A stretch of 64,000 nt of DNA from an uncultured Gemmatimonadales bacterium (GCA_963798845.1 CAWCUS010000005.1:256001-320000); one strand, 5' to 3'. Counted from the first letter of the stretch, positions 1 through 10,777 are shown. The notes: generated by a model from the letters alone, not told the origin. Translations and numbers: made by a program.

Positions 1-3000
1 GACGCCGGTACCGCGCGGGTCGGACCCGTGTCGTACGAGACGGACCGCGCCCGCTTCATCGGCCGCGGCCGCACCACCCGAGCACCCGCAGCTCTCGACG
101 GTCCCGGTCCGCTCTCGGGCACCACCGGCGCCGTGCTAGACCCGATCTTCGCGCTCCGGACGCGGCTCCGACTCGCGCCCGGAGAGTCTGCCACCGTCAC
201 CTTCACCACGCTGGTCGCCGCCACGCGCAAGGCCGCGTTCGAGCTGGCCGACCGGTATCACGATTCGCATGCGGCGCAGCGCGCCCTCGACCTGGCATGG
301 GCGTCCCAGCAGGTGGAGCTGCGCGAGCGGGACCTGACGCCCGCCGACGCCGCCATCTTCCAGGAGCTCGCCGGCTGCCTGCTCTATCCCCAGCGGGATC
401 TCCGCGCCACGCCGGAGGAAGTACACCGCAACCGCGGGGCCCAGCCGCTGCTGTGGTCCACCGGCATATCCGGTGACCGGCGCATCGTCCTCGCCACCCT
501 CGAGGGTACGGACGGTCTGCCGACACTGAGACAGGTGGCGGCCGCGCATCAGTTCTGGCGCCGCCGCGGCCTCATCGTGGATCTGGTCATCCTCTTCACG
601 CAGCCCGCGTCCTACCTGAAGGAGCTGCAGGACCGGATCATGGAAACGCTGTTCGCCATTGGCGGCACGGACCTAGACCGGCCTGGCGGTGTCTTCCTCC
701 GCAACGTCGAGTCGCTGGACCCGGACACGCTGCTCATGCTCCGCGCCACGGCCCGGCTCATCCTCCCGTGCGACGGGCGGTCGCTCACGCACCTGGACGC
801 CCTGCTCGTGGAGCCGACGACCGTCTCCGCCGACCTCGACCCGGCGCCACCCGCGACAGGGCCGCGGATCCTCGAAAGACAGGACACGACCCCTGTCGCC
901 CTGGATCGCTGGACTCACGCCCGGCCGCCCGCGCCGGCGAACGCAGACCTCCCGCCCCGGGAGCCCCCCAGCACACCCGATGCGGCTGCGCCCTCGTCCC
1001 TCGTGGATGAGCCCCACGCCGTCGACCCGCACCGCGCGGAGCTCATGTTCGACAACGGGCTGGGCGGCCTCGACCCGAAGGGGGACTACGTGATCCGCGT
1101 CGCGGGCGACGCCCTGCCGCCGGCGCCCTGGGTCAACGTCGTCGCGAACGAGCGCGGCGGGTTCATCGTCAGCGAGCGTGGCGCGGGCTGCACCTGGGCG
1201 GAGAGCAGCTATTTCTTCCGGCTGACGCCATGGCACAACGATCCGGTCAGCGACCCGATCTCCGACGTCCTCTTCTTGCGGGACGAGGCGTCCGGCGATC
1301 TGTGGAGCGCCACGCCCGCGCCGCTCGGGCACGATACCGAGTACACCGTCCGGCACGCGGCCGGCGCGTCGGTGTTCGAGGCCGAGCGGAACGGGATCGC
1401 CACCCGCCTCACGCTGAGCATGGCCGCCGATGAGCCGGTACGGTTGTCCCTCCTCCGGATCACCAACGGCGACGCCGTCGAGCGGCGCATCGGGCTGACA
1501 GCATACGTGGAATGGACGCTCGGCGCACAGCGCGAGGTCACGCAGCACCACGTGCGCACCGCGTTCGAGCCGGCGCTCGGAGCGGCTTTCGCCCGCAATT
1601 ACTTCGACCCGCAGTTCCACGGCCACGTCGCGTTCTGCGCCGTGAGCGAGCCGATCACCGGCAACACGGGGGACCGCCGCGAGTTCCTCGGCCGAAACGG
1701 GACGGTGCAGCGGCCCGCCGCCTTCCGGGGCCAACAGCTCTCCGGAGCGACGGGTACCGGCCTCGACCCCTGCGCCGCGCTCCGGTGCGTTCTCGTTCTC
1801 GCCCCTGGCGAGTCCCGCGAGGTAGCGGTGTCCCTCGGCGCGGCCGGCACCGAAACGGAAGCGCGCCAGCTCGCGACCCGGTTCCGCAGCGTCGACGCCG
1901 CCACGGCGTCCGTCGCGCGCACCATCGAAGAGTGGCACCAGCGCCTGTCGGTCATCACCGTGCGCACCCCAGATCCGGCGTTCGACGCCCTGCTCAACCG
2001 CTGGCTGCCATACCAGACGCTGTCCTGCCGCATGTGGGCCCGTTCCGCTCTCTATCAGAGCAGCGGCGCCTACGGATTCCGCGACCAGCTCCAGGACGCT
2101 CTTGCGTTCGTCCACGCGGAGCCCGCGCTGGCACGCGAGCACATCCTGCGCGCCGCCGCCCGCCAGTTCTGCGAGGGCGATGTCCAGCACTGGTGGCATC
2201 CCCACACGGGCGCCGGCGTGCGCACCCGCTTCTCCGACGACCTCGCCTGGCTGCCCTGGGTGGTCGATGAATATGTCACCCGGACCGGCAATGGCTCAGT
2301 ACTCGGGGAGTACGTGCCCTTCCTGACCATGCGTCCCCTGGAGCCGGGGGAGGGCGAGATCTATGACGTGCCTGGCACCAGCGACGAGCACGGCAGCGTC
2401 TACGAGCACTGCCTGCGCGCGCTCCGGCGCGCGTGCACGTCGGGCCCCCATGGCCTGCCGCTCATTGGCACTGGCGACTGGAACGACGGCATGAACCGCG
2501 TCGGCGTCGAGGGGCGGGGGGAGAGCGTATGGCTCGCCTGGTTCCTCATCGCGACGCTGCGCTCCTTCGCCGTCCGGGCCGCGGAACGCGGCGACGACGA
2601 GGTGGCCGGCGAGCTGCGCGGCCAGGCCGACCAGTACGCGGCGGCCGCGGAAACACACGGCTGGGACGGCGACTGGTACCTGCGCGCGTTCTTCGACAAT
2701 GGCACGCCGCTCGGCTCCAGCCGGAGCGACGAATGCCGCATCGACTCCATCGCCCAGAGCTGGAGCGTGATCTCCGGCGGCGGCGCCCCGGAGCGCCAGG
2801 CCCGCGCCATGCGCGCGCTCGAGGAGCACCTCGTGGACGAGGACGCTCGGCTGATCCGGCTCCTCACGCCCCCATTCGACAAGGCGCCGCGCGATCCAGG
2901 CTACATCAAGGGCTACCTGCCCGGCGTGCGGGAGAACGGCGCCCAGTACACCCACGCCGCCGCCTGGGCCGTCCTCTCCACGGCACGCTCGGGCGACGGC

Positions 3001-3465
3001 GGCCGCGCCTTCGACCTGTTCCAGATGCTCAACCCGCTGCTGCGCACCCGGACACCCGAGGACGTCGAGACCTACAGGGTCGAGCCGTACGTGATCGCGG
3101 CGGACGTCTATACCGCGCCCGGACACGTCGGCCGGGGCGGCTGGACCTGGTACACCGGCGCCGCGGGCTGGATGTACCGCGTCGGTCTCGAGGCCATCCT
3201 GGGCTTCGACCGCCGCGGCGACGTGCTGCGCATCGCGCCCCGCGTGCCCCTCGCGTGGCCCGAGCTCACAATCGACTACCGCTTCGGCAGCGCGCGATAC
3301 ACGATCGTCGTGGACGAGCCTGGCAGATTCACCGACGGCACCCGGGCGGAAGTGACGCTCAATGGCCGCGTCCTCGAGGGTCCCGACATCCACCTGGTGG
3401 ACGACGGGATGGTGCACCACGTGCTCGTGCGCCTCCCGGCCCCGAGGACGCATACTGCCGCGTAG
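1..3465 (+). CDS. ndvB: NdvB/Cgs-like cyclic beta-1,2-glucan synthase, C-terminal GH94 phosphorylase region (5'-truncated by window edge)
   Basis: Frame is open from base 1. Two Glyco_transf_36-type repeats (YETDRARFIGRG; TGDRREFLGRNG), plus QSSGAYGFRDQLQD, catalytic GDWNDGMN, RENGAQYTH and GWTWYTG. Confidence 0.85.
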   Translation, partial: DAGTARVGPVSYETDRARFIGRGRTTRAPAALDGPGPLSGTTGAVLDPIFALRTRLRLAPGESATVTFTTLVAATRKAAFELADRYHDSHAAQRALDLAWASQQVELRERDLTPADAAIFQELAGCLLYPQRDLRATPEEVHRNRGAQPLLWSTGISGDRRIVLATLEGTDGLPTLRQVAAAHQFWRRRGLIVDLVILFTQPASYLKELQDRIMETLFAIGGTDLDRPGGVFLRNVESLDPDTLLMLRATARLILPCDGRSLTHLDALLVEPTTVSADLDPAPPATGPRILERQDTTPVALDRWTHARPPAPANADLPPREPPSTPDAAAPSSLVDEPHAVDPHRAELMFDNGLGGLDPKGDYVIRVAGDALPPAPWVNVVANERGGFIVSERGAGCTWAESSYFFRLTPWHNDPVSDPISDVLFLRDEASGDLWSATPAPLGHDTEYTVRHAAGASVFEAERNGIATRLTLSMAADEPVRLSLLRITNGDAVERRIGLTAYVEWTLGAQREVTQHHVRTAFEPALGAAFARNYFDPQFHGHVAFCAVSEPITGNTGDRREFLGRNGTVQRPAAFRGQQLSGATGTGLDPCAALRCVLVLAPGESREVAVSLGAAGTETEARQLATRFRSVDAATASVARTIEEWHQRLSVITVRTPDPAFDALLNRWLPYQTLSCRMWARSALYQSSGAYGFRDQLQDALAFVHAEPALAREHILRAAARQFCEGDVQHWWHPHTGAGVRTRFSDDLAWLPWVVDEYVTRTGNGSVLGEYVPFLTMRPLEPGEGEIYDVPGTSDEHGSVYEHCLRALRRACTSGPHGLPLIGTGDWNDGMNRVGVEGRGESVWLAWFLIATLRSFAVRAAERGDDEVAGELRGQADQYAAAAETHGWDGDWYLRAFFDNGTPLGSSRSDECRIDSIAQSWSVISGGGAPERQARAMRALEEHLVDEDARLIRLLTPPFDKAPRDPGYIKGYLPGVRENGAQYTHAAAWAVLSTARSGDGGRAFDLFQMLNPLLRTRTPEDVETYRVEPYVIAADVYTAPGHVGRGGWTWYTGAAGWMYRVGLEAILGFDRRGDVLRIAPRVPLAWPELTIDYRFGSARYTIVVDEPGRFTDGTRAEVTLNGRVLEGPDIHLVDDGMVHHVLVRLPAPRTHTAA

Positions 3466-3774
3466 ACAGCCGAGCTCGCTCCCGTCCTCCAGCGCCTCCC
3501 GAAGCACCGCCGCCTCCTTCTCCTCCGGCGGATCGTCGGCCGACTGCACGCTCACCTGGCAGGCACCGGTGGGGTTCCGCCTCCCTGCCTGCGTCGCACC
3601 AGGACTCCGACCGCGGCGTCCGGAGCCTGGCGGAGGTGAGCCGGTCGGCGATAAATCGGACAGAGGACTGGCCGGCTCGCCAGTCCTGGCGGGCCCATGT
3701 CACAGGTCGGCGTGGACGGAGAGACTCTGGCTGCCCGTCCAGGACGGATCGACGGGATGTGGAGGGGATCGACC

Positions 3775-4935
3775 ATGGGGAGAGCGGCGTTGGCGGCACT
3801 GATCATATTCAGTGCGATTGGCTGCGAGAGGGCGGACGAACGAGCGTCGCCCCGCACCAGGCCGGATCCGGCTCAGCCGCTCCCGGCCGGCGCGGTGGAC
3901 ACGACCAGGGAGGGATCCCGGCCCGCACCGGAAGTCGTGCTCCGGGCGGCCCTCGAGCGACTGCTGCGAGGTTCCGCAGACCCGCAGTCCGGCCATGGCT
4001 GGTTCTCGTCGAAAACAGCCGGGGCTCTCCGGACCGTCTCGGTCGATTCCGCCGGCCACGCGACCGTGGACTTCGAAGATCTTCGCGCCCTGATCCCCAA
4101 CGCATCCAGCTCCGCTGGCAGCGCCATCCTGCTGGAGGAGCTGAATTCCACTGTCTTCAGTGTGGACGGCGTGATCTCCGTAGACTACCTGATGGACGGA
4201 AGCTGCGACCAGTTCTGGGAATGGCTCCAGTACGGTTGCCACACCGTCCATGAGACGGAGAGGCGAGTGCCACAACCAGCGTGGGATGTGAAGCGACGGC
4301 GACCCCTCGGAGCGGGGCATGACCACGCACCCGTCTCTCTATCGATTGGATTTCATCAAGAGCCGCTTTCGACGACCTCCGGGGCCGCCGCAAGACGCAT
4401 GTCGTTCAGCCGGAGCATGGCGCCGATCCCGAACGCCGGCCCGACGGCCAGCAGGCTGAACGCCGGCCCCCAGCCGAAGCGCTCCGACACCGCGATCGCC
4501 AGGGAGATCGACACGGCCGTGAGCGCGAACCCGAGCGACGTCTGGAGCGTCAGCGCGGTCCCCACCGCATGCCGCGGCGCCACTTCCGTGACCACCGCGC
4601 TGAACTGCGCCGAGTCGGCAACGACCGCGAAACCCCATACCATGGCGAGTGCTACGACCACCACGGTGGGCGCGGCCATGAGCCAGCCGATCACCAGCGA
4701 GCAGGAGCCGCTCACCGCCATGGCCCAGATGGTCACGCGCTCGCGTCCGAGCCGGTCGGCCCAGGAGCCGGCGAGCACGCAGCCGAGGCCGCCGATGGCA
4801 ATGGCGCCGAAGCCGACCAGCGAGCCGAGCACCGCCGCGCTCGCGCCGCCCCCGGCCCGCGCGGCGAAGAATTGCGAAAAGAAGAGTGCCACGAGCGTCC
4901 AGCACGCGTACAATTCCCACATGTGGCCGAGATAG
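3775..4935 (+). CDS. GerMN-domain lipoprotein; real domain probably ends near 4255, rest is a spurious extension
   Basis: GGAGGGG Shine-Dalgarno (SD) before ATG 3775; lipobox-like AIGC; ATVDF..NASSSAGS..ELNSTVF..GSCDQFWEWLQ. The ORF tail runs antisense into the MFS gene. Confidence 0.6.
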   Translation: MGRAALAALIIFSAIGCERADERASPRTRPDPAQPLPAGAVDTTREGSRPAPEVVLRAALERLLRGSADPQSGHGWFSSKTAGALRTVSVDSAGHATVDFEDLRALIPNASSSAGSAILLEELNSTVFSVDGVISVDYLMDGSCDQFWEWLQYGCHTVHETERRVPQPAWDVKRRRPLGAGHDHAPVSLSIGFHQEPLSTTSGAAARRMSFSRSMAPIPNAGPTASRLNAGPQPKRSDTAIAREIDTAVSANPSDVWSVSAVPTACRGATSVTTALNCAESATTAKPHTMASATTTTVGAAMSQPITSEQEPLTAMAQMVTRSRPSRSAQEPASTQPRPPMAMAPKPTSEPSTAALAPPPARAAKNCEKKSATSVQHAYNSHMWPR

Positions 4936-5621
4936 CCGAAGATCGCCAGGCGCGTCGGACGGTGAGCCAGGACGCTCCGGGCGAGCCCGAGGGAGAAGGG
5001 GCGTCGCTCGAACGGGTGGGGCCCGGGTCGGTAGCCGAGCAGGACGAGGAGGGCGGCCAGCGTCGCTCCGCCGGAGGCGGTGAGCAGGACGAACGGCACG
5101 CTCGCCTCGGCAAAGGCGTGGACGAGGTAGGGGGTCGCTTTCCCGACCGTGAGGGCTCCAACGACGGTGCCAATGGCAAGGCCACGGCCGCTCCGGAACC
5201 AGGTGGCCACCATCTTCATGGCCGGCGGATAGACGCCGGCGAGGAAGAAGCCTGTGAGGAACCGTAGGATGAGGGCAGACGCGAAGCCGGGTGCGAGGAG
5301 GATCCCGGCGTTGACGGCGGCACCGAGCAGGGCAGAGCCGACGAAGTAGGGGCGATCCGGGAGGACATCGGCGAGGTTGAGGAGAGCGGCCAGGCCCGTG
5401 CCGACCACGAAGCCGATCTGCACCACCGTGGTCAGCCATCCCGCCTCCGCCGGCGTGAGATGCCAGAGCGCCTCGAGCTGCGGGGAAACGGCGCTCGCGG
5501 TGAACCACAGGGACATCCCCATGAGCTCGGCACCGCTAAGCAGCGCCAGGATGCTCCAACGGCTGTTCAATGCCCCCCCTCTGCCTGGTGCGAGCCGACT
5601 GGACGCGGACCGACCCGCCAC
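4356..5621 (-). CDS. MFS transporter
   Basis: About 12 hydrophobic segments; GSWADRLGRERV loop motif; LRFLTGFFLAGVYPP; ADSAQFS. Start codon uncertain. Confidence 0.9.
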   Translation of the reverse strand: MAGRSASSRLAPGRGGALNSRWSILALLSGAELMGMSLWFTASAVSPQLEALWHLTPAEAGWLTTVVQIGFVVGTGLAALLNLADVLPDRPYFVGSALLGAAVNAGILLAPGFASALILRFLTGFFLAGVYPPAMKMVATWFRSGRGLAIGTVVGALTVGKATPYLVHAFAEASVPFVLLTASGGATLAALLVLLGYRPGPHPFERRPFSLGLARSVLAHRPTRLAIFGYLGHMWELYACWTLVALFFSQFFAARAGGGASAAVLGSLVGFGAIAIGGLGCVLAGSWADRLGRERVTIWAMAVSGSCSLVIGWLMAAPTVVVVALAMVWGFAVVADSAQFSAVVTEVAPRHAVGTALTLQTSLGFALTAVSISLAIAVSERFGWGPAFSLLAVGPAFGIGAMLRLNDMRLAAAPEVVESGS

Positions 5622-6007
5622 ACTCGCCGCTCACGGCTGCTCGCCGCAAGGCCCGCCGGGCGTCGCCGGGATCCCGCGGCACCACTTGCGCGCGGCTCGA
5701 TCGCGGCTCAATGTTGCAGAGCCGTTCAAACTCATCACATCCATTGGCGGCGTCACGTTATTTCTCTCGACTGACATGCACAGGCAGGAGCGCGAGATCT
5801 GGCGCCATCCTCATTGGCGCGGCATCGCCCGGGCGACGACCCGGCCTTCGCGGGATTCTCGCGTGTCCTTCCCCCCATATCTCCACCCCCGGCCCCGCCG
5901 GGTCATCGGTGCCCTTCGTCCGCGCGAAAGGAGGGGCTGAAAGGCGGACGGACTGCAGTCCGACGGCACAGACGTACGGACATCCACCCTGCCAAGGAGG
6001 GAATAGT

Positions 6008-9000
6008 ATGAACGCCCGCCATTGTTTGAATGCGGCAGTGCTGGCGGCGCTCGCCTTGGTCCCGCTACGGCTGTCTGCTCAGCAGACGGCCACGCTCGCG
6101 GGCCAGGTGACAGGGCCAGACGGTGGGCCGCTGGTAGCGGCCACCGTGGAAATCGGAGGCCTCAATCTCGGAACGCTGACCAACGACCAGGGCCGCTACC
6201 TGATCACGGTTCCGGCGTCGCGAGTCCAGGGACAGGAAGTCACGGTCACGGCCACCATGCTCGGCCACCGTTCCCAGTCCCATACCGTCACGCTCAGCGG
6301 TGGCGCGACCACACTCAACTTCATCCTTTCGGAGGATCCGCTGAAGCTGAGTGAGATCGTGGTCACCGGGCAGGGCACGAAGCAGGAGCGTGCCAAGCTC
6401 GGCGTGAGCATCAGCTCCGTGGGCGGCCAGGAGCTGGTCCAGTCCCAGGAGTCGAACGTGGTGGCGGCGCTGGCGGGCAAGGCCCCCAACGTGGAGGTGA
6501 CGAGCTCCGCCGGCGACCCCGGCGCCAGCGCGTACATCCGCATTCGAGGCGCCTCCTCCATCGTGGGCGGCACCCAGCCGCTGTTCGTGGTGGACGGCAC
6601 GCCGATCAGCAACGCCACGCATGGGTTGGAAGGGACCACTGCGGGCACGGTGGTGTCGAACCGCGCCATCGACCTGAACCCCGAAGACATCGCCAACATC
6701 GAGATCCTGAAGGGCGCGGCCGCGGCGGCGCTGTACGGGTCGCGTGCGGCGAACGGCGTGGTGCTGATCACCACGAAGCGGGGGCAGCCCGGGACGAGCC
6801 GGGTGACGTACAGCACGTCCTACAGCTTCGACGAGGTGAACAAGACCGTTCCGCTCCAGACCAGCTACGGTCAGGGGTTCGTCAACCTGGATGACCTGAC
6901 GACCAACATCTCCCCCACCTCGTCCGCGAGCTGGGGCCCGGCGCTGTCCGCCAGCACTCCCGTCTACGACCATGCCGACGAGGTGTATCGGACGGGGCAC
7001 CGGTTCGAGAACAACCTGACCTGGTCCGGGGGCAGCGAACGGACGACGTACTATCTGTCCATCGGGCGGTTGGATCACGGCGGCGTGATTGTCGGTCCGC
7101 AGAAGTACGAGCGGACCACGGTCCGCCTGAAGGGGACGCACTCGTTCACCGACGCGCTGCGGATCGGCGGGAACATCGCCTACACCGACGGCACCGGTGA
7201 CTTCGTGCAGCAGGGGTCGAACATTTCCGGCATCCAGCTGGGTGCGCTGCGCACGCCGCCGGACTTCAACAACCTGCCGTACATCGACCCGGAGACGGGG
7301 CTTCACCGCTCGTACCGCTACCCGCATCCGACGCTGCTGGCGCGGACCCGCGGCTATGACAACCCGTTCTTCATTGCGAACGAGATCCTGAACACGGCCA
7401 ACGTGGGCCGGGCGTTCGGCAACATCAGCGCCGAGTACACGCCAATGCCGTGGCTGTCGTTCAACCTGGTGGTGGGCGGTGACTACGCCAACGACGAACG
7501 GCTGACCACGTTCCCCAAGAGCTCGTCCGCCTACCCGGACGGCGCGGTGCTGCGTGGCGACTTCGTCGACAAGTCGTACGACGAGACGCTGACCGCCACC
7601 GTCAACCGGACGCTGATGGAGGGCGTGGACGCCACCATCACGCTCGGCCAGAACCTCAACCAGTCCGAGTATCAGCGCTACCAGGTGGACGGGTCGCAGC
7701 TGATCTTCGGCACCGATCAGCTCGACTTCACGGTCTCGAAGGACCCGAACGAGTACCGCGAGACGATACGCACCGACGGCTGGTTCTCCCAGGTCCAGCT
7801 CGACCTGTCCAACCAGCTCACGCTGACCGGGAACTTCCGGCTCGACGGCTCCAACACGTTCGGGGCCGGAACATCCAGCCGGTTCTTCTATCCGGGCGTG
7901 AGCGCTTCCTGGCGCTTCTCCCAGATGAACGACTTCGGCGGGCTGCTCAGCTTCGGCCGCCTGCGCGCCTCCTACGGCGTGACCGGCCGTCAGCCGCCGC
8001 CGTTCTCGAACGTGTCCGCGTACACCACCGGCGCGTTCTCCGACGGCTGGCTCGACCAGGGGCTGCAGTCCATCTACCTGGGGAACGAGGGCGTGTTCGC
8101 CCAGGGGACGCTCGGCAACGACGCCATCAAGCCGGAGCGTGAGACGGAGTTCGAGGGTGGCATCGACCTGGCGTTCTTCCAGGACAAGATCAGCCTCGGG
8201 CTGACCTACTACAACCGTGAGACGACGGACGCCATTCTCTCCGTTCCCGTGCCGCCCAGCACCGGCTACTTCTCGAAGTACGAGAACGTGGCAGGCTGGA
8301 CGAACAAGGGTTGGGAAGCCACGCTCGACCTGACGCCGATCCGGACTGACAACTTCAGCTGGACCGTCGGCGGGCAGTGGTCGACCAACAAGAGCTGCGT
8401 CAAGAACATCGGCGGCGCCAACGACGTGTTCCTGAACGGGTTCACGGATACGTACGCCGCGCTGGTCAAGCCGGACGCGAACGGGGACTGCTATCAGTTC
8501 GGCGTCCTCTTCGGGACGGACTGGATTCGCTTCGGCCGCGGCAGCCAGGTGGGTGGCGTGGACATCGACCAGGCGTACCCGAACGCCGCGAACGGCACCG
8601 TCTACATCGGCGCCGATGGCTTCCCGATCGGGGACCCCCAGTACCGCGTGCTGGGCGACCCGGCGCCGGACTGGCTGGCGAGCATCCGGACGAACGTGAC
8701 GCTCTTCCAGAAGCTCCGGCTGGGCGCGCTGTTCGACTTCAAGCAGGGCGGCGACGTCTGGAACGGGACGAAGGGTGCCCTCTACTACTTCGGGACCCAC
8801 AAGGAGACCGAAGGGATGCACGGCGCGGGCGAGCCGCGCGTGTTCGAAGGCGAGGGCCCCGGCGCGGGCACGCAGGTCATGCTCAACTGGGACACGTGGG
8901 GGTACAACGGGCCCGGCAGCGGCTTCACCGGGCCGGCCGTGCAGTTCGTCGAGGACGGCAGCTACGTCAAGCTGCGTGAGCTCAGCGTCTCCTACGACCT

Positions 9001-9199
9001 GAATGCCGAATGGCTGCGGCCGCTCGGATTCAGCGCCGCGCAGATCACGGTGGCGGGGCGGAACCTGGTCACCTGGACCGATTACACCGGTATCGACCCG
9101 GAGAGCAATCTCACGGGGCCGAGCACCGGCCGCGGGCTTGACTACTTCAATAACCCGCAGACGCGGTCCTGGGTCATCGGCGCATCCCTTACCCGCTAA
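6008..9199 (+). CDS. SusC/RagA family TonB-linked outer membrane transporter
   Basis: AAGGAGG SD; signal peptide; carboxypeptidase-like N-domain; plug motif DLNPEDIANIEILKGAAAAALYGSRAANGVVLITTKRG; VEDGSYVKLRE; YTGIDPE. Confidence 0.95.
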   Translation: MNARHCLNAAVLAALALVPLRLSAQQTATLAGQVTGPDGGPLVAATVEIGGLNLGTLTNDQGRYLITVPASRVQGQEVTVTATMLGHRSQSHTVTLSGGATTLNFILSEDPLKLSEIVVTGQGTKQERAKLGVSISSVGGQELVQSQESNVVAALAGKAPNVEVTSSAGDPGASAYIRIRGASSIVGGTQPLFVVDGTPISNATHGLEGTTAGTVVSNRAIDLNPEDIANIEILKGAAAAALYGSRAANGVVLITTKRGQPGTSRVTYSTSYSFDEVNKTVPLQTSYGQGFVNLDDLTTNISPTSSASWGPALSASTPVYDHADEVYRTGHRFENNLTWSGGSERTTYYLSIGRLDHGGVIVGPQKYERTTVRLKGTHSFTDALRIGGNIAYTDGTGDFVQQGSNISGIQLGALRTPPDFNNLPYIDPETGLHRSYRYPHPTLLARTRGYDNPFFIANEILNTANVGRAFGNISAEYTPMPWLSFNLVVGGDYANDERLTTFPKSSSAYPDGAVLRGDFVDKSYDETLTATVNRTLMEGVDATITLGQNLNQSEYQRYQVDGSQLIFGTDQLDFTVSKDPNEYRETIRTDGWFSQVQLDLSNQLTLTGNFRLDGSNTFGAGTSSRFFYPGVSASWRFSQMNDFGGLLSFGRLRASYGVTGRQPPPFSNVSAYTTGAFSDGWLDQGLQSIYLGNEGVFAQGTLGNDAIKPERETEFEGGIDLAFFQDKISLGLTYYNRETTDAILSVPVPPSTGYFSKYENVAGWTNKGWEATLDLTPIRTDNFSWTVGGQWSTNKSCVKNIGGANDVFLNGFTDTYAALVKPDANGDCYQFGVLFGTDWIRFGRGSQVGGVDIDQAYPNAANGTVYIGADGFPIGDPQYRVLGDPAPDWLASIRTNVTLFQKLRLGALFDFKQGGDVWNGTKGALYYFGTHKETEGMHGAGEPRVFEGEGPGAGTQVMLNWDTWGYNGPGSGFTGPAVQFVEDGSYVKLRELSVSYDLNAEWLRPLGFSAAQITVAGRNLVTWTDYTGIDPESNLTGPSTGRGLDYFNNPQTRSWVIGASLTR

Positions 9200-9215
9200 C
9201 CGCAAGGAGAGAGAC

Positions 9216-10646
9216 ATGCCTAGCAAGAGAAACCGGTGGAGCCGCGCCGCGGGCGTGGCGCTGGTCGCCGGCCTCGCTCTCGGCGGGTGCGATTTCATCA
9301 GCCCGATCGACACGAATCCGAACGCGGTTCCGACGGCCACGGTGGACCAGCTCCTCACGTCGGTCCAGGTGAACACGTTCTTCTTCAGCGAAGGCCAGAT
9401 CTCCCGGCTGACATCCATGTGGCTGCAGCAGATGGCCGGGAACCAGCGGCAGTTCAGTCAGCTTGACCAGTACCTTCTGTCCGAGATCGACGTGGACGGC
9501 GAATTCTCGACGATCTACACGGGCGGCGGACTGGTGGACCTGCGCAAGGCCGTGGCTCAGGCCGAGGAGCAGGGGTGGGACACCTACTCGGGGATCTTCA
9601 AGATCCACGAGGCCTATCTGTTCGGGATGGCCGCCAGCATCTGGGGCGACATCCCGTTCAGCGAGGCCGGTGGCATCGAGGGGGTGGACCACCCGACGGC
9701 GGATGACCAGGCGGATGTGTACGCGGCCGTCCAGTCGATGCTGGATGCCGCCATTTCCGACCTGCAGAGCGGCGGCGGTCCGAGCCCGGGCGCGGTCGAC
9801 CTGGCGTTCGGCGGCGACAAGGCCGCCTGGATCAAGGTGGCCCACAGCCTGAAGGCCCGCTTCTACATCCAGAACAGCGACTACGCCTCGGCCATGAGCG
9901 AGGCGCAGCAGGGGATCAGCAGCGCCAGCGGGAACTGGATGACCCTGCACAGCGGCCCCACGTTCTCCGGCTTCGGCAACCCGTGGAACGAGTTCATTTT
10001 CGCGTCCCGCAGCGGCTACATCGTGGGCGGCGCGTTCGGGGTCAACGTCCTGAAGGACCGCTTCGGACCCGGCAACAATGATCCCCGGCTGCCGATCTAC
10101 TACAGCACCGGCACGGGCCCGTTTGCCGGGATGTTCGCCGGCTCACCGCCGCTCACGCCCGCTGATGATCCGGCGGACGATGCCTCGGTGCTCTCGGAGA
10201 CCGGGTATGGCGCGGCGGACGCGAGCATGCCGATCGTGTCATGCGCCGAGACGCAGCTGATCATGGCCGAAGTAGCGCTGCACGACGGCAACCCTGCCGC
10301 GGCGGGGACGGCCATGGAGGCGGCGAGGTCGTGCCAGGAAGCCCTCTTCGGCATCACCCTCCCGCCGGCGCCGGCCAGCCCGACGCTCGCAGAGGTGATG
10401 GAAGAGAAGTACATCGTGCAGTTCCTGAACATCGACGCGTGGAACGACTACAAGCGCACGTGCCTCCCGGACCTGATCGCCAACTCGGCGGCCATGGGCT
10501 GGGCGATTCCGACGGCAGCCACGCCGGTCCCCGTCCGGATGTACTACGGCCAGGGAGAGCGGCAGCAGAACCCGAATCTGCCGGAGCCGGACGCCACCGG
10601 GAACACGCTGTACTCCATCGACAACGCATCGCCGTGCACCACCTGA
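9216..10646 (+). CDS. SusD/RagB family lipoprotein
   Basis: Lipobox LGGC; WGDIPFSEA, SLKARFY, DPRLP and DAWNDYKRT motifs; directly downstream of susC. Confidence 0.92.
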   Translation: MPSKRNRWSRAAGVALVAGLALGGCDFISPIDTNPNAVPTATVDQLLTSVQVNTFFFSEGQISRLTSMWLQQMAGNQRQFSQLDQYLLSEIDVDGEFSTIYTGGGLVDLRKAVAQAEEQGWDTYSGIFKIHEAYLFGMAASIWGDIPFSEAGGIEGVDHPTADDQADVYAAVQSMLDAAISDLQSGGGPSPGAVDLAFGGDKAAWIKVAHSLKARFYIQNSDYASAMSEAQQGISSASGNWMTLHSGPTFSGFGNPWNEFIFASRSGYIVGGAFGVNVLKDRFGPGNNDPRLPIYYSTGTGPFAGMFAGSPPLTPADDPADDASVLSETGYGAADASMPIVSCAETQLIMAEVALHDGNPAAAGTAMEAARSCQEALFGITLPPAPASPTLAEVMEEKYIVQFLNIDAWNDYKRTCLPDLIANSAAMGWAIPTAATPVPVRMYYGQGERQQNPNLPEPDATGNTLYSIDNASPCTT

Positions 10647-10678
10647 TGTGACCGGCGGTAGCTGAGTCAACCTTCAAC

Positions 10679-10724
10679 CCTCGGGCCGGCTCCCCGCTTT
10701 CGCTGCGGCGGGGCCGGCCCGAGG
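10679..10724 (+). terminator. GC-rich hairpin after susD
   Basis: CCTCGGGCCGGC (10679-10690) pairs with GCCGGCCCGAGG (10713-10724); no U-tract. Confidence 0.55.
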
Positions 10725-10777
10725 CCCATCCGGGCTCGGACCTTGGCGGCGGGACCTTCGGTCGCTACCCTATCGGC

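Noticed and set aside
5815..5828. Sigma-54 promoter upstream of susC
   Set aside because: GG-to-GC spacing is 9, not the required 10.
6065..9418. Very long antisense ORFs (also 13125..16922, 17314..19971, 24165..27350, 55215..57485)
   Set aside because: These are shadow frames of real high-GC genes: no motifs, and fully overlapping well-supported CDS on the other strand.
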